From Octopus sinensis (taxonomy: Eukaryota), in assembly GCF_006345805.1 (NCBI RefSeq), contig NW_021835836.1:1-38909 (forward strand): a DNA stretch of 38,909 bases, read 5' to 3'. The position numbers and the translations under genes were made by a program. Positions within the stretch are counted from its first letter, which is position 1, and each line of letters starts with the position of its first letter. The notes beneath the pieces were generated by a model. That model made no database searches, was not told where the DNA came from, and worked only from the letters and a program-made list of their open reading frames with translations. Below are positions 1-11,611 of the stretch, piece after piece.

Positions 1-112
1 TTCACTCACTAGGTATGAGTCGACCCAAGGCTATGGAAAAAAGTTATATTTGGCCAAGACACCACGCTTGGAGACCGAACCCGATAGTGTTGTTGCAAAG
101 CGCACATTCTTA
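1..112 (-). mobile_element. Degenerate tRNA-derived SINE (working family A), partial 5' module
   Basis: Reverse complement (TAAGAATGTGCGCTTTGCAAC...GGGTTCGGTCTCC...TAGCCTTGGGTCGAC...GTGAGTGAA) aligns by eye with the copies at 188-342 and 33446-33608. Confidence 0.65.
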
Positions 113-187
113 GTCATCTACAATATAATTATATGCTTACTATAAGGTTTTAAAACAAATATTAAAAAAAAAAGTTAATATAATGCG

Positions 188-470
188 GGCGTGGCTGTGT
201 AGGAATAAATTTGCTTCCCAACTAAATGGTTACGGGTTCAATCCTACTGCATGGTACCTTGGGCAAATGTCTTCTATTATAGCCTCGGGCCGATGAACGC
301 TTTGAGAGTGGATTTGGTAGGCGGAAACTGAAAGAAGCCCGTATATATATGTGTATGTGTGTGTGTGCGTGTGTGTGTGTATGTGTGTGTGTGTGTGTGT
401 GTGAGTATTTATATTGTGTCTATGTCTGTTCCTGCCTCCACCGCTTAACAACTGTAACCATAGCTGTTTG
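188..470 (+). mobile_element. tRNA-derived SINE family A: head/body, internal (TA/TG)n, start of 3' module
   Basis: A-box-like TGGCTGTGTAGG, B-box-like GGGTTCAATCC (234-244), body ending GAAACTGAAAGAAGCCCGT, then a microsatellite and CCTCCACCGCTTAACAAC matching the 3' module seen at 30490 onward. Confidence 0.85.
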
Positions 471-524
471 ACAAAAAATGACGATAGAATGAGTAGATTG
501 TCTTCTGCAAACTCTCTCTCTCTA

Positions 525-577
<53 letters not shown>

Positions 578-1075
578 CGCCATCTTCATACATAGTTTAA
601 AGTCTTGTGTTTTGAAACAAAACTGAAAATCAGAGAGAGACACAGCGTTTTGAAACTGCTTCTGTGAATTTCATGCCATTTTTCTGCTCATGGCCAGATC
701 ACTATTAAAGAATGTGAACAACAGCGAACCCACTTCAATCGGGTCGAGAATTACCCCCACCTCCTTTGCTGATAACGGCCATAAAACCGACAATAATAGA
801 TCGCTGAAATGCAGGTATTTGTAAAAACTGGTAGGGGGAGACAACCTTTACATATTAATATTTTTTTCCTACTCAATAACCACCGCCATTAACATTTTCT
901 TAGCGCGTACAACATGAATATTTGGCAAATTTACTCTCTCGTAAATTCAATTATTACGTGAAAATTATTTTTTAAGAACCTCCCTCCCCACAAACAAAAA
1001 CATTCTTAAAAAGCATAAATGATGAATACTAGAATTATTATTTATTATTTACGCAAGTTTGTTTCTTTAATTACA

Positions 1076-1226
1076 TATATGTGTGCGTGCGTGTGTGTGT
1101 GTGTGTGTGTATCTGTGTGAACATAAACATTCATATATGCATGTATATATGTATATGCACACACACACACACACACACACTATATATACTTTAACGATAT
1201 ATGCACACACACTCACACACCATGTA

Positions 1227-1299
<73 letters not shown>

Positions 1300-1301
1300 T
1301 A

Positions 1302-1332
<31 letters not shown>

Positions 1333-1350
1333 GATATTTACATGTGTGTG
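1076..1350. repeat. Compound (TG)n/(CA)n/(TA)n microsatellite
   Basis: Directly visible dinucleotide arrays. Confidence 0.95.
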
Positions 1351-1759
1351 TGAGTGTTTGTCAGCCTTTCGTTTTATTTCAATAACTTTTTTTGCAACTA
1401 CCACGAACCTCTTTCTTGCAAAAGAAAAAGAAAAAAGAAAGAAAGAAACAAAGAAAATAAATATTAAAAAAAAAAGAAAAGAAATAAATATCAACCGAAC
1501 TGAAATTGAATTAAAAATAAAGTACGACCAAGTAATAGAAGATTAGTTATCAGCTGGTCGCGAGTTCAATTTCATTTAACACCGTAGGAGTATTTCGTTG
1601 TCATTGTCCTGTTTAATTATGCAGCAGGTCCATGGTTGTTTCCCTTAACTAGGGGCTTCGTGTTTTGGTTTTCTTTTTGTCCTCTTCCTTTTCTTAATAT
1701 TTTTTTGTCACGTTTTTTTTATATATATTAGTTGAAAATTGCGTTTGCAAGAGTATTTA

Positions 1760-2150
1760 TGCATGCATATATGTGTGTGTATGTGTGTGTACATATATAC
1801 AAATGTATATATACATATCTATATATGTGTGTGTGTGTACATATATGCATACATATGTGTGTGTGTGTATACAATTATATACATATATACATGTCTATGT
1901 GAATGTACACATATGTAGGTTTATACATACATACATAAAGATGTATTGTACATATATATGTCTAAGTTATATGCATGTGTGTGTGTGTGTGCGCGAGCGC
2001 GCAGCTACGTGTAAGTTTCTATAAATGAAAAACCACGTAATTGAGTATACAGAAAAAAATAGGTTTCTGCAATAGATTCTACACACTTAATTTAGCGTAT
2101 ATATATATATATAATATATATGTATATATATGTATGTATTATATGTATTA

Positions 2151-2192
<42 letters not shown>

Positions 2193-2210
2193 ATATATAT
2201 ATATATATAT

Positions 2211-2251
<41 letters not shown>

Positions 2252-2358
2252 TATATATATATTATATATACATATATATTATATATTTACATTGTATATA
2301 TATATATATATATTATATATATATATAATATATATGTATATTATATATATATATATAT

Positions 2359-2389
<31 letters not shown>

Positions 2390-2420
2390 GTATATATGTG
2401 CGTGAGTGTGTGTGTGAGTT
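1760..2420. repeat. Compound (TG)n/(TA)n microsatellite block
   Basis: Directly visible; long interrupted (TA)n at about 2097-2395. Confidence 0.95.
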
Positions 2421-2639
2421 CTTCTTGTTTTTGAGGTTCATGGGTGGAGGGATGGAGCTGTGATCTGGCGGAGTTTAGGGGTTAACAGAAGATAATCTTA
2501 AAGCTGTTGCTTTCTTCCTTCCAAACTTTGTACATCCAGAAAAAAAACATATCGTGTGGATTTTTTTTAGATTAACAATCAGTTAATCAGACTAAAACAT
2601 TCTAAATATAATATCATCAGCAACATCAACAAAATTAAG

Positions 2640-2915
2640 GACAACACTGATGGTTGCAATAATAGCAGTGGTAGTAATAACGATATCGCGTATAAGAAAA
2701 GATGGCGGCGATGATGGCGATAATGATGATGATGTTGACGACGACGACGATGATGCCGATGATGATGACGACGATGGCCATGATGATGATGATGGTGCTG
2801 GTGCTGGTGGTGGTTGTGATGAAGAGGGTGAAGACGATGATGGCGAGAAGGATGATATGATGATGAATTAGAAGGGGCAGGTAGAGTAGGGGAAGTGGAA
2901 GTAGTAGTAGTAGTA

Positions 2916-2948
<33 letters not shown>

Positions 2949-3165
2949 CAGTAGCGGAGAAAGAAGAAGGAAGTACCCCAGTAAAAAAAGCAGATACTAG
3001 ATAAAATAGAAAAGGTCATCAGAAGATCAATTAATAAAATTAGTTACAGTTTTATTATTATTATTATTATCATTATTATTATTATTATTATTATTACTAT
3101 TACTATTGTTGTTGTTGTTGATGATGATGATGATGATGAGGATGATGATGACGACGATAATGATG
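2640..3165. repeat. Compound trinucleotide repeats (GAT/GAC/GGT, TAG, ATT, GTT)
   Basis: Directly visible; source of the poly-D/poly-H/poly-Y ORFs. Confidence 0.9.
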
Positions 3166-3312
3166 TTTACTTATACAAAAATACCAACATTTTAGAAACG
3201 TCTAAAAAAATTCTTTTTATTCCAAGACAAATATTTAAAAAAAAACTTTCGTATTTTTTCACATTTTTTTTTCGAATTGCATTTTTCTAACGAAAGTTGT
3301 ATTTAATGGAAT

Positions 3313-3438
3313 TTAAATTCCGCCGAGGTCAACTTTGCCGTTCATATTTCCGGGTTTGATAAAAAAAAAGTTCCAGTCAAGGATTGAGGTCAAATTAATC
3401 GACTTGTCCCCTGCCGTCGAAAACTGCTGGTCCTGTGC
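3313..3438 (+). mobile_element. SINE family B internal/3' fragment (older variant)
   Basis: AAATTCCGCCGAGGTCAACTTTGCCGTTCAT matches the family B body at 37857 onward. Confidence 0.75.
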
Positions 3439-3442
3439 TCGA

Positions 3443-3740
3443 CCCACTCAAAGGGTCCCTACATAAGGGTTATTATTTAAGGATGATGAACGAAACACCC
3501 ATTTTACCAGTGGTGAATTATTCAAACTCCAAAGAATTCCTCTCAACACATGACCATGATGCTTCACCACTACTTCTGCTCGTGATCAGAGATGCACATA
3601 TCATCATCAGCCACCAAGGGACATGCTCAACTGGTGAAGGACAAACAACTGACAACAAATCTGTGGTACTAAGCAGAATATTTGTTGTAGCCCACCTTTT
3701 ATACCAAGACAAGACTTGTACATGATAACATTTCCAATCA
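3443..3740 (-). mobile_element. Unclassified interspersed repeat E, partial copy
   Basis: Aligns colinearly with 7410-7705; abuts (AAT)n. Orientation is assumed. Confidence 0.8.
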
Positions 3741-3793
3741 ATAATAATAATAATAATATAATAATAATTAATAATAATAATAATAATAATATA

Positions 3794-3831
<38 letters not shown>

Positions 3832-3850
3832 TAATAATAATAATAATAAT
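3740..3850. repeat. (AAT)n array, 5' flank of the R4/Dong-like LINE
   Basis: Directly visible. Confidence 0.95.
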
Positions 3851-5940
3851 TGTGTCACAAACGACACAAAACTTATCAATAGCCTGGATAGACTATAAAA
3901 AGGCTTTTGATAGCCTACCACATAGCTGGATTAGGAAATGCCTGGAAATGTATAAGATAGCACCTACTCTGCGAAACTTCTTGACTGTAAGTATGAGATC
4001 ATGGAGAACCACACTAACTCTGAACAGTGACAATGAATCCCTAAATGCTGGTGATGTAAAAATTTCGTGTGGCATTTTCCAGGGTGACTCACTGTCACCA
4101 CTCCTCTTTTGTTTTTCCTTAATACCTCTCTCAAAGCTGCTTAATGACGCGCAGTACGGGTATAAATGTTTGATAAAAATATAAATCATCTCATTTACAT
4201 GGATGATTTAAAGCTTTTTTTGCAAAAAATGACCAACACTCAAGGGCTTACTAGCGATAGTCAAACAATTCAGTGACGACATCAGAATGCAATTCGGCCT
4301 CGATAAATGTGCAAAGGCTACCTTTATCAAGGAAAAATGACAGAAACATCTAACGTTAACCTTGACCAGCAGAATGTCATAAAAGAACTAGACCCAGCGG
4401 AGAGCTACAAGTACCTAGGGGTAATTGAAGGGAACGGAATAAGGCATTCAGAGATGAAGGAAAGATCAGGAGAGAAGCTATCGAAGAGTGAGAGCAATAC
4501 TCAAGACAGAGCTGAATGCAAGAAACAGGAATCGAAGCGATCAATGCATTAGCCATACCAGTCGTGACTTACAGTTTCAATATTGTTAACTGGTCAATTA
4601 CTGAAATATGTCAGCTCGACAGAAAAATAAGGAACTGTTGACAATGCATAGAATGCACCACCATAAGGCAGATACAGAACGACTCTATCTGCCAAGAAAA
4701 GAGGGAGGGAGTGCCTTGACTTTTACAACTGGCAATAACAATGAAGATTGCTACAATTGACCTAGACACCTACCTGAAAAACTCTGAGGACGGATGCTAA
4801 AACTTGTCTCAAAACATGAAAACAAGAAAGCATCATACTCAGTCACAAAACAGGCAAAGAATATCTAAGTGAATTCCGAATACAACCAATTTCGGAATTA
4901 GAGATAGATATACAAGAAACAAGCACAGAAAAAGCTAGGCGCATGAAAACCCGTGCTAAAACTGCGGCCTTAGATATTCTGAAATAAAATGGCAAGAAAA
5001 ACCTCTCTATGGCAAATACCCAAAGGAGAGCGAATAATGCAGATATCGACAAAGCCCTGACCCATCAATGGCTAATGGCCTCTGGCTTAAAATCTGAAAC
5101 AGAGGGGTTTATCATAGCAGCTCAAGATCAATGCCCACCAACAAGAAACTACCAGGCCAACATATTAAAGAACGGCAGTAGCCCAACATGTCGTGTATAC
5201 CGACAACAAAATGAACCATTGACCATATTGTCTCCAATGCAGTCTTCTAGCGCCTACAGAGTACCTCAGTAGGCATGATAGAGCTGCACAATATATTCAC
5301 TGGGTAATTTGCAAAAACCTGGATTTGCCCCATGAAAAAAACTGGTGGGAACACAATCCACCTCCTGTGCTTGAAAATGACCACATCTCACTCCTCTGGA
5401 ACTTCACCATTCAAACTGACAGGAAGATAGATGCAAATAGGCCAGACATTATATTGAAAGACTTCAGACAAAGAACATGCCTCATCGTTGATATGACTGT
5501 CCCAATCGATATAACGTATCTGTCAACCTACCAACTCTACCAAAAATGAGCAAATATAAAGATCTTGAAATAGAAATCAGCAAAATGTGGAAGCTGAAGA
5601 CTAAAACAATACCAGGAAACCCCAAAATGGCAGAAATTCAAAAGATAGTGCTCATGGGAACTGCTCATATCCTACGCAAAATACTCTCTATGTAATCCCA
5701 AGGTTTAAAACAAACTTTCTTTTTTTATTTTTATTTTTATTTTTTTTTTATTTTTATTTTTAAAAATTTTTTAAATTAATTTATTTTTTATTTTTTATGT
5801 ATTAGACATTCACTAGTACAACACCCCAAAAAAAAAAAACCCTAATATATGGCACAGAACTTCCAACCTGTTGTCTCTTGAGGTCTCTGGGTGAGACTTG
5901 GAGCCAACTTGTACAGACATAAAGCAAAAGTCAAACATAG
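3851..5940 (+). mobile_element. 5'-truncated, frameshifted R4/Dong-clade non-LTR retrotransposon (RT plus restriction-like endonuclease)
   Basis: RT motifs WIDYKKAFDSLPH, GIFQGDSLSPLLF, YMDDLK (4196-4213). C-terminal SETEGFIIAAQDQ, zinc-knuckle remnant CRV..DHI, RHD, RPDIIL, KMSKYKDL. Stop TAA at 5693-5695; 3' UTR to 5940; (AAT)n on both sides. Confidence 0.9.
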
Positions 5941-6599
5941 AATAATAATAATAATAATTACACTGGTCAACAGCCAACTTTCATCAGGGATATTATATGG
6001 TGTCTTATATGTAGTTTTGTCCGCAGATTTCAAAACTGTAATCGGTTTCCTTCTATCATGCACAGTTTTTCTGATGAGATAAGAGAGGTGTATAACTCCC
6101 ATCAGCAGTCTTGCTACACGTATACGTCTTATACGGGTAAATTCTGACTTCTGTTTTATAACTATTTGTGTTCATTTTGTAATTTTATGTTTTCATAATC
6201 TTTTCTTTTCATAAATTTTATTTTCTGTTTAAGGTGCCAAATCATCATCATCATCAAATTTTTGGATGTAATACAGGGATGAACTTGAGACAAAACACCA
6301 TAGAAAGTCCGAATCCCTAAGATTTCAAGTTGTTATGCATTTGAGTGCATTCTAACTTATTTGTACACAATAATTTTAATTTTGTACAAGAAAAAGCCAA
6401 GAATTTATTGTATCTTGTATTCAATATTTTTTATATAGACATGCTTTACGTATCCTATAAGTTAAAACAGCAGGTATCATGAAAATGTGACCTGATAGAG
6501 GAAATCGGACTTCAGATTCGTAATCAGCAACAAAAATTAACCCAGAAAAGTCAATCAGCAACTCTAATGATTAAAAATATTTCATTTTGTTGATCAGTG

Positions 6600-6678
6600 T
6601 TATTATTATTATTATTATTATATTATTATTATTATTATTATTATATTATTATTATTATTATTTATCATCATCATCATC

Positions 6679-6747
<69 letters not shown>
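6600..6747. repeat. (ATT)n/(ATC)n microsatellite
   Basis: Directly visible. Confidence 0.95.
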
Positions 6748-6748
<1 letters not shown>

Positions 6749-6749
<1 letters not shown>

Positions 6750-6869
6750 GACGGTGAGCTGACAGAATCGTCAGCACCCCGGGCAAAATGCTTCGCAGCA
6801 TTTCGTCCGTCTTTACGTTCTTAGTTCAAATTCCACTGAGGTTCACTTTACCGTTCATCCTTTCGGGGT
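6749..6869 (+). mobile_element. SINE family B, 5' part only
   Basis: GACGGTGAGCTGACAGAATCGTCAGCAC...GAGTTCAAATTCC...CATCCTTTCGGGGT matches the family B head and body, then stops abruptly. Confidence 0.85.
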
Positions 6870-7198
6870 GCACTCACAGCCCTCTGCCATTTGAGCAATT
6901 CGGTCGGTGCAAGTCCCACATTGGGATTCTATAGGGGATTAGTGGCGCGCAGGTGCGACCCCGTTCTCGGGGGCAACTTAGGGCATCGGAAGAGATCAAT
7001 TAGCTGGTCTTTTAGGAGGAATTTTTGGAATAGGGTCTTGGATAATTTCCACGCTAGGGAATTTTTATTGTTTAATTGTTTTGTTATTTGTTTTCGTTAC
7101 TTATTGTATACCCGGGATTGTTCAACACCCCACTTGTCCCTTGTATTGTATTGACCTTTTTTGTTTTGTGTTCGGCTCTTGTGGCCAATAAAAGAAAA
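6870..7198 (+). mobile_element. Putative LINE 3'-end fragment (unclassified)
   Basis: GC-richer segment grading into a T-rich UTR-like tract ending GTGTTCGGCTCTTGTGGCCAATAAAAGAAA, which resembles the SINE-B tail GTGTTTAGCCCCTTGTGGGCAATAAAGAA. No diagnostic protein motif seen. Confidence 0.4.
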
Positions 7199-7199
7199 T

Positions 7200-7751
7200 G
7201 TGAGAGAGCAGTGCATGCCATCAAAGTGACACTGGGGTAAAATATACGAAGCCCAGTATACCCATCATAACTACCCGTCTGATAAGGGTACACTAGGCAC
7301 ATGCATCACAACCATATGTGCGCGACATGGTGATCTCATATCAAGATAAACAGCACATGACCTTGCAGGTGGGGCCCAGTTAGAATTTTCTTCTGGTCGA
7401 GTAACCCATCCCGCTCAAAAGGTCCCTGAATAAGGGTTGCTTAAGGATGTTGAACGAAACACCCATGTTTTCAGAGGTGAATTATTCAATCCCCAAAGAA
7501 TCCCTCTCAACACATGGCTATGATGCTCCCCCACTACTTCTGCTCATGATCAGAGATGCAAATACCATCAGCCACCAAGGGGCATATTCAACTGGTTAAG
7601 TTCAAACAACTGACAAGCAAATCTTTGGTATTGAGCAGAATATTTGCTGTAGACCATATTTTATACCAAGACAAAACAATGTACATGATAAAACTTCTAA
7701 TCAGTTAAGATCAGAAGCCAAGAGAACCACTGTCTGGTACTGCATCAGGGC

Positions 7752-7755
<4 letters not shown>
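7200..7755 (-). mobile_element. Unclassified interspersed repeat E, about 555 bp, apparently near full length
   Basis: Second copy at 3443-3740; abuts (ATT)n at 7755-7820; no long ORF or terminal inverted repeat seen. Confidence 0.8.
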
Positions 7756-7809
<54 letters not shown>

Positions 7810-8384
7810 TTATTATTACTAGTGCCTTGCTTCTGTTACTGTTTTCCATTTGTTTTTGTTTTTTATTATCTTCCATGTTTTGCTCCTTCAGGACGTGTTT
7901 ATTTCATTTCATTTTATTTTATTTCTTAATTTCTTTTTTTTTTATTTTGTTCCTGTCGGTGTTAGATTGTTCGGTCTGTTTAAGTAGGTGTTTAGTTTGG
8001 AATGCTAAAAGAGAGAACGGTTTGAAAAGTCTTTTAGAAAGAATGTTGCGTTTTTTTCTTTAAAATTCATTTATATTTACATTTATTTCTATATTTATTT
8101 GTCTTTCTTGTTTTGTACTTATTTTCATTTTGTAATTGTATGTCTATTGTCAGAATTAGTCATTGGACTGCATCCTGAAAGTAATAATTGATACAATGGA
8201 TGGGAGCGTGGGTGCGGGTAATGAGGTGAGAGGAGTCAAAGGTGGGAAAGGGGGGAAAGGGGACAAGTTATTTTTTCGTTTTTTTTAACGAACTAAAATA
8301 TGCTGGAATTTGTGTGGAATTTGTTTAAAGACTTCTTGTAACCCCTTAATCCAATAAAACGAAACTTAAAGATGGCAGTCAATC

Positions 8385-8770
8385 ATGTCGTCATTGCTGT
8401 TGTCATCGTCGTCATCGTCATGATGTTGATGATCATTGTCATCATTGTCGTCGTCATCATCATCATCATCATAGTCGTCGTTGTCGTCATCATCGTCGTC
8501 ACCATGATCATTACCATCATCGTTATGATCATCATTGTTGTCATCGTTAGTATCATCATCACCATCATCATCCATATCATTACTAACATCACCATTGTCG
8601 TCGTCGTCATCGTCATCGTCATCATCAACATCATCAACACCATTATCTACATCATCGTCGTCGGCGGCGGTGACCGCGTCGCCATCGCGACGACCAGAAC
8701 CAGTACCACCAACACCTACATCATTATCATCGTCGTCGTCATCATCATCATCATCATCATTATCATCGTC
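8385..8770. repeat. (ATC/GTC)n compound trinucleotide repeat
   Basis: Directly visible. Confidence 0.95.
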
Positions 8771-8904
8771 TTTTTTTTTAACATGTTTTGTGTTATTTTA
8801 CCCACGCAAATTCCAACGTGTGCAGTTTCAATGCAGTAAGCTGCTCCTACAACAGAACGACTGGACTGCCAACAGTAGTACAAGCAACAACAACAACAAC
8901 AACA

Positions 8905-9122
8905 GTGCGTATCTTTGTATCTGTTTCCCCACCATTACCGTTTGAGAAGCGGTATTGATGCATTTACGTCCTCATAACTTAGCGATTCAGCAAAAGACAC
9001 CGGTCGAATAAGTAGCTGACTTTTAAAAAATAAGTACTGGGGTCGATTCATTCGACTAGAAATTCTCCAATCCAGTGCCCCATCATGGCCGCTGTCCAGG
9101 CTGAAACAGATAAAAGATAAAA
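8905..9122 (+). mobile_element. SINE family A 3' module
   Basis: AACTTAGCGATTCAGCAAAAGACACCG...TACTGGGGTCGATTCATTCGACTA...CATGGCCGCTGTCCAGGCTGAAAC followed by an AGATAAA repeat tail. Confidence 0.8.
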
Positions 9123-9326
9123 AAATATATATGTGTGTGTCTATGTGTGTGTATGTATATATGTATGTTTGTGTAAGTCTTATGTGTACTTGTATGTATA
9201 TATATTGTATGTGTGTGAGCACGTTTTCGTCCCAATGTCTCATGGCTTCACAATCTGTGTTGGTTTGTTTGTTTAACTTAGCAGTTCTGAAATATGAAAC
9301 CGACAAAAATAAGCAACATCCTTACG

Positions 9327-9405
9327 CTTAAATATTGGGTGATTTCATCGACTAAACATCTCAAAGTGGTGCCCCAGTATGACCTTTGCCCGATACCTAA
9401 AAATA
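9327..9405 (+). mobile_element. SINE family A 3' tail remnant
   Basis: TCATCGACTAAAC...GGTGCCCCAGTATGACC resembles the family A tail. Confidence 0.5.
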
Positions 9406-9452
9406 AAACCGGTTAATTGCTAACATATTAGATAATATATATATATATTTAT

Positions 9453-9499
<47 letters not shown>

Positions 9500-9620
9500 C
9501 ACATATATATATATACACATATATATATATTAGAATATATATATATATATATATATATAAGCATATTATTTAGGCGGCAAATCCAGCGGTAAAGTATTGT
9601 CACTTCCGCTATCTTCCTTA

Positions 9621-9656
9621 CGATCAGACGAAGGACAACAATCCGAAACGTAATGA
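9621..9656 (+). ncRNA. Degenerate minimal hammerhead ribozyme motif
   Basis: CGAT-CAGACGA-A-GGA-CAACAA-TCC-GAA-ACGT-A-ATGA: core U4 changed to A, stem II GGA/TCC, palindromic ACGT, GUA triplet, only 2 bp of stem I. Confidence 0.45.
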
Positions 9657-9987
9657 ATTCTTTGCTCCTTATAATGATTCAACTTATTGAACTTTTCAAT
9701 GAAGTAAATTCGTAGACAGTTTAGTCTGCCGTTCTAATAGTTTCCTGATTGATTTTATTTTTGATTTGATGCATCAAACTTCCTTGTTGTCACGTGGTAT
9801 GTGATTAGATAAAATGAATTGTGTAAAGGTTTGAGAACAAATAAAAAATTCCATACGGGTATTTAACGATATGTAATGCAGACATTTACTGCCGCTCTAG
9901 ACTTTATTGTCTTCGTATTTTCGTGTGAAAGGGTCTTATGTGTGTGAGTGTGTATGTGTGTGTGGTTTCTCTAACAGAAATACTCAC

Positions 9988-10435
9988 AACAAAGCCGCCA
10001 TTGCTTTCCATTAAACTTCCCCGACTATGAGCATCAATGGGAACCTCCGAAATAAAGAATTAACGAAGTCAGCTACCGCTATTACTATTAGAAATACTTC
10101 TTCTTTCGGTTCTTCGAAGCGTAATGGTTATCTGACAGTTTCCATTTTCTTCACACAGTTCTTTCCATTTTCATTGAACTCTGCAAGATCGCTTAAGTCA
10201 CAGGCTTCGGGTAGTAGCGAGAAAACAAGGCAGCGCTCCATAGTATGGCCTACTTCTGATCCATCCGATCAAAGCAAATTTTGATAATCCTCGTTCTTGT
10301 TGAGTGTCTTCACCTGAATCCATGGGGTTTCTGGGCCAAGAAAGAGATCTTCAGCTGAGGGCTGCGATACACATGTCAGTTGCTGGTGGGTCGTTCACAA
10401 GTTTTTTCAATCCAGAGCAACACAAAGAGCACAGG
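9988..10435 (-). other. Candidate 448-nt exon (5' UTR plus possible start MESNGGFV, or non-coding)
   Basis: Non-repetitive island with acceptor TATTCTCTATTTTAG and donor GTT|GTGAGT. Stops in all three frames except a final ATG GAA AGC AAT GGC GGC TTT GTT. Confidence 0.3.
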
Positions 10436-11329
10436 CTAAAATAGAGAATATTTTCTACTAAATAAATGCATTTCTGTCCAACGTACAAGAAATAACAACT
10501 AAATCTTTTTCGAATCACATCTTCACCGTCTTAGAAAAGAACATATTTGATAATATGGTCCTAGAATCTTTGTATACAGAAAAAAAAAGATGAATAATCA
10601 TGTATGAAATACCTATAAATAGGGATATACAGAGGCAGAGCTGACTTAGCGTTAAACAGCAAAAGTTTTTACACGGACGATCATCCCTCTTCAATGAGCA
10701 CCCTAATCTTCCTTACTATTCGGAGAGAGAGAGAGAGGGGGGAGAAAATGGGATAACAGGACAGATGTCAAAGTAACTAGTTAGTTCTCGCCCAGTATGC
10801 TAGAAATAGCAATAACATATCCTTTAAATCACATCCTACCATCTGAGAAAATAAAAATCACAGAGTTATTACTGGCAAGCGAGTATGATATGAAACGGTG
10901 TACCATGATTTCGCTAATTGTAATTGTTTTAAGCGCCTCTATAACCGGGTATAAACATAGAGACACTCTCGGTCTTCCAATACACACACAAACACACCCA
11001 CCCACACAAAAGCATATGTAGATGTGTGTGTATGTATATACACATATATATATATATGTGAAGAAGCATCTGTATATATGAGGATAAATCAATTATACGA
11101 TTGGCATTCGTATTTTGAAAAATCCGAAACCGGTACTGCATTATCCGTTATCTAGGTTTTTCATTTTTCAGATGTTCTTCCTAGAGGTAAGACAATTTTT
11201 TTCATGTTTGTTGCACACATGCATTTTTACTAGTACATACGCAGTGAAGCTATACATTAGCGTCGTATTTATTACGTTCGCTATTTCCAGTAAATATCGG
11301 TACTTCGTTGTACCATTATTACTTTTATG

Positions 11330-11562
11330 TATATATATAATTATATATATATATAATATATATAGAATATATATATATATATATAATATATATATATATA
11401 TATGTATATATATGTATATTATATATAATATATATATATATATATATAGATATATATATATATATGTATAGATAAATATATATATATATATACATATATA
11501 TATACATATATATATAATAGATAGATAGACTGATATATATATATATATATATACATATATTA

Positions 11563-11611
<49 letters not shown>

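Noticed and set aside
4180-5560. Frameshifts in the LINE ORFs as evidence of programmed recoding or of age
   Set aside because: Many are 1-bp indels in homopolymers, and irregular phase shifts in (TA)n suggest residual long-read errors; they cannot be interpreted without raw reads.
5960-6110. CTGATGA motifs at 5981-5987 (minus) and about 6071 (plus); also 3014-3020 (minus), 10349-10355 (minus) and about 33059 (plus)
   Set aside because: No properly placed stem II plus GAAA plus UH; expected chance 7-mers.
8202-8262. Six G-tracts, possible G-quadruplex
   Set aside because: They form two groups of three separated by about 25 nt, so not a canonical motif.
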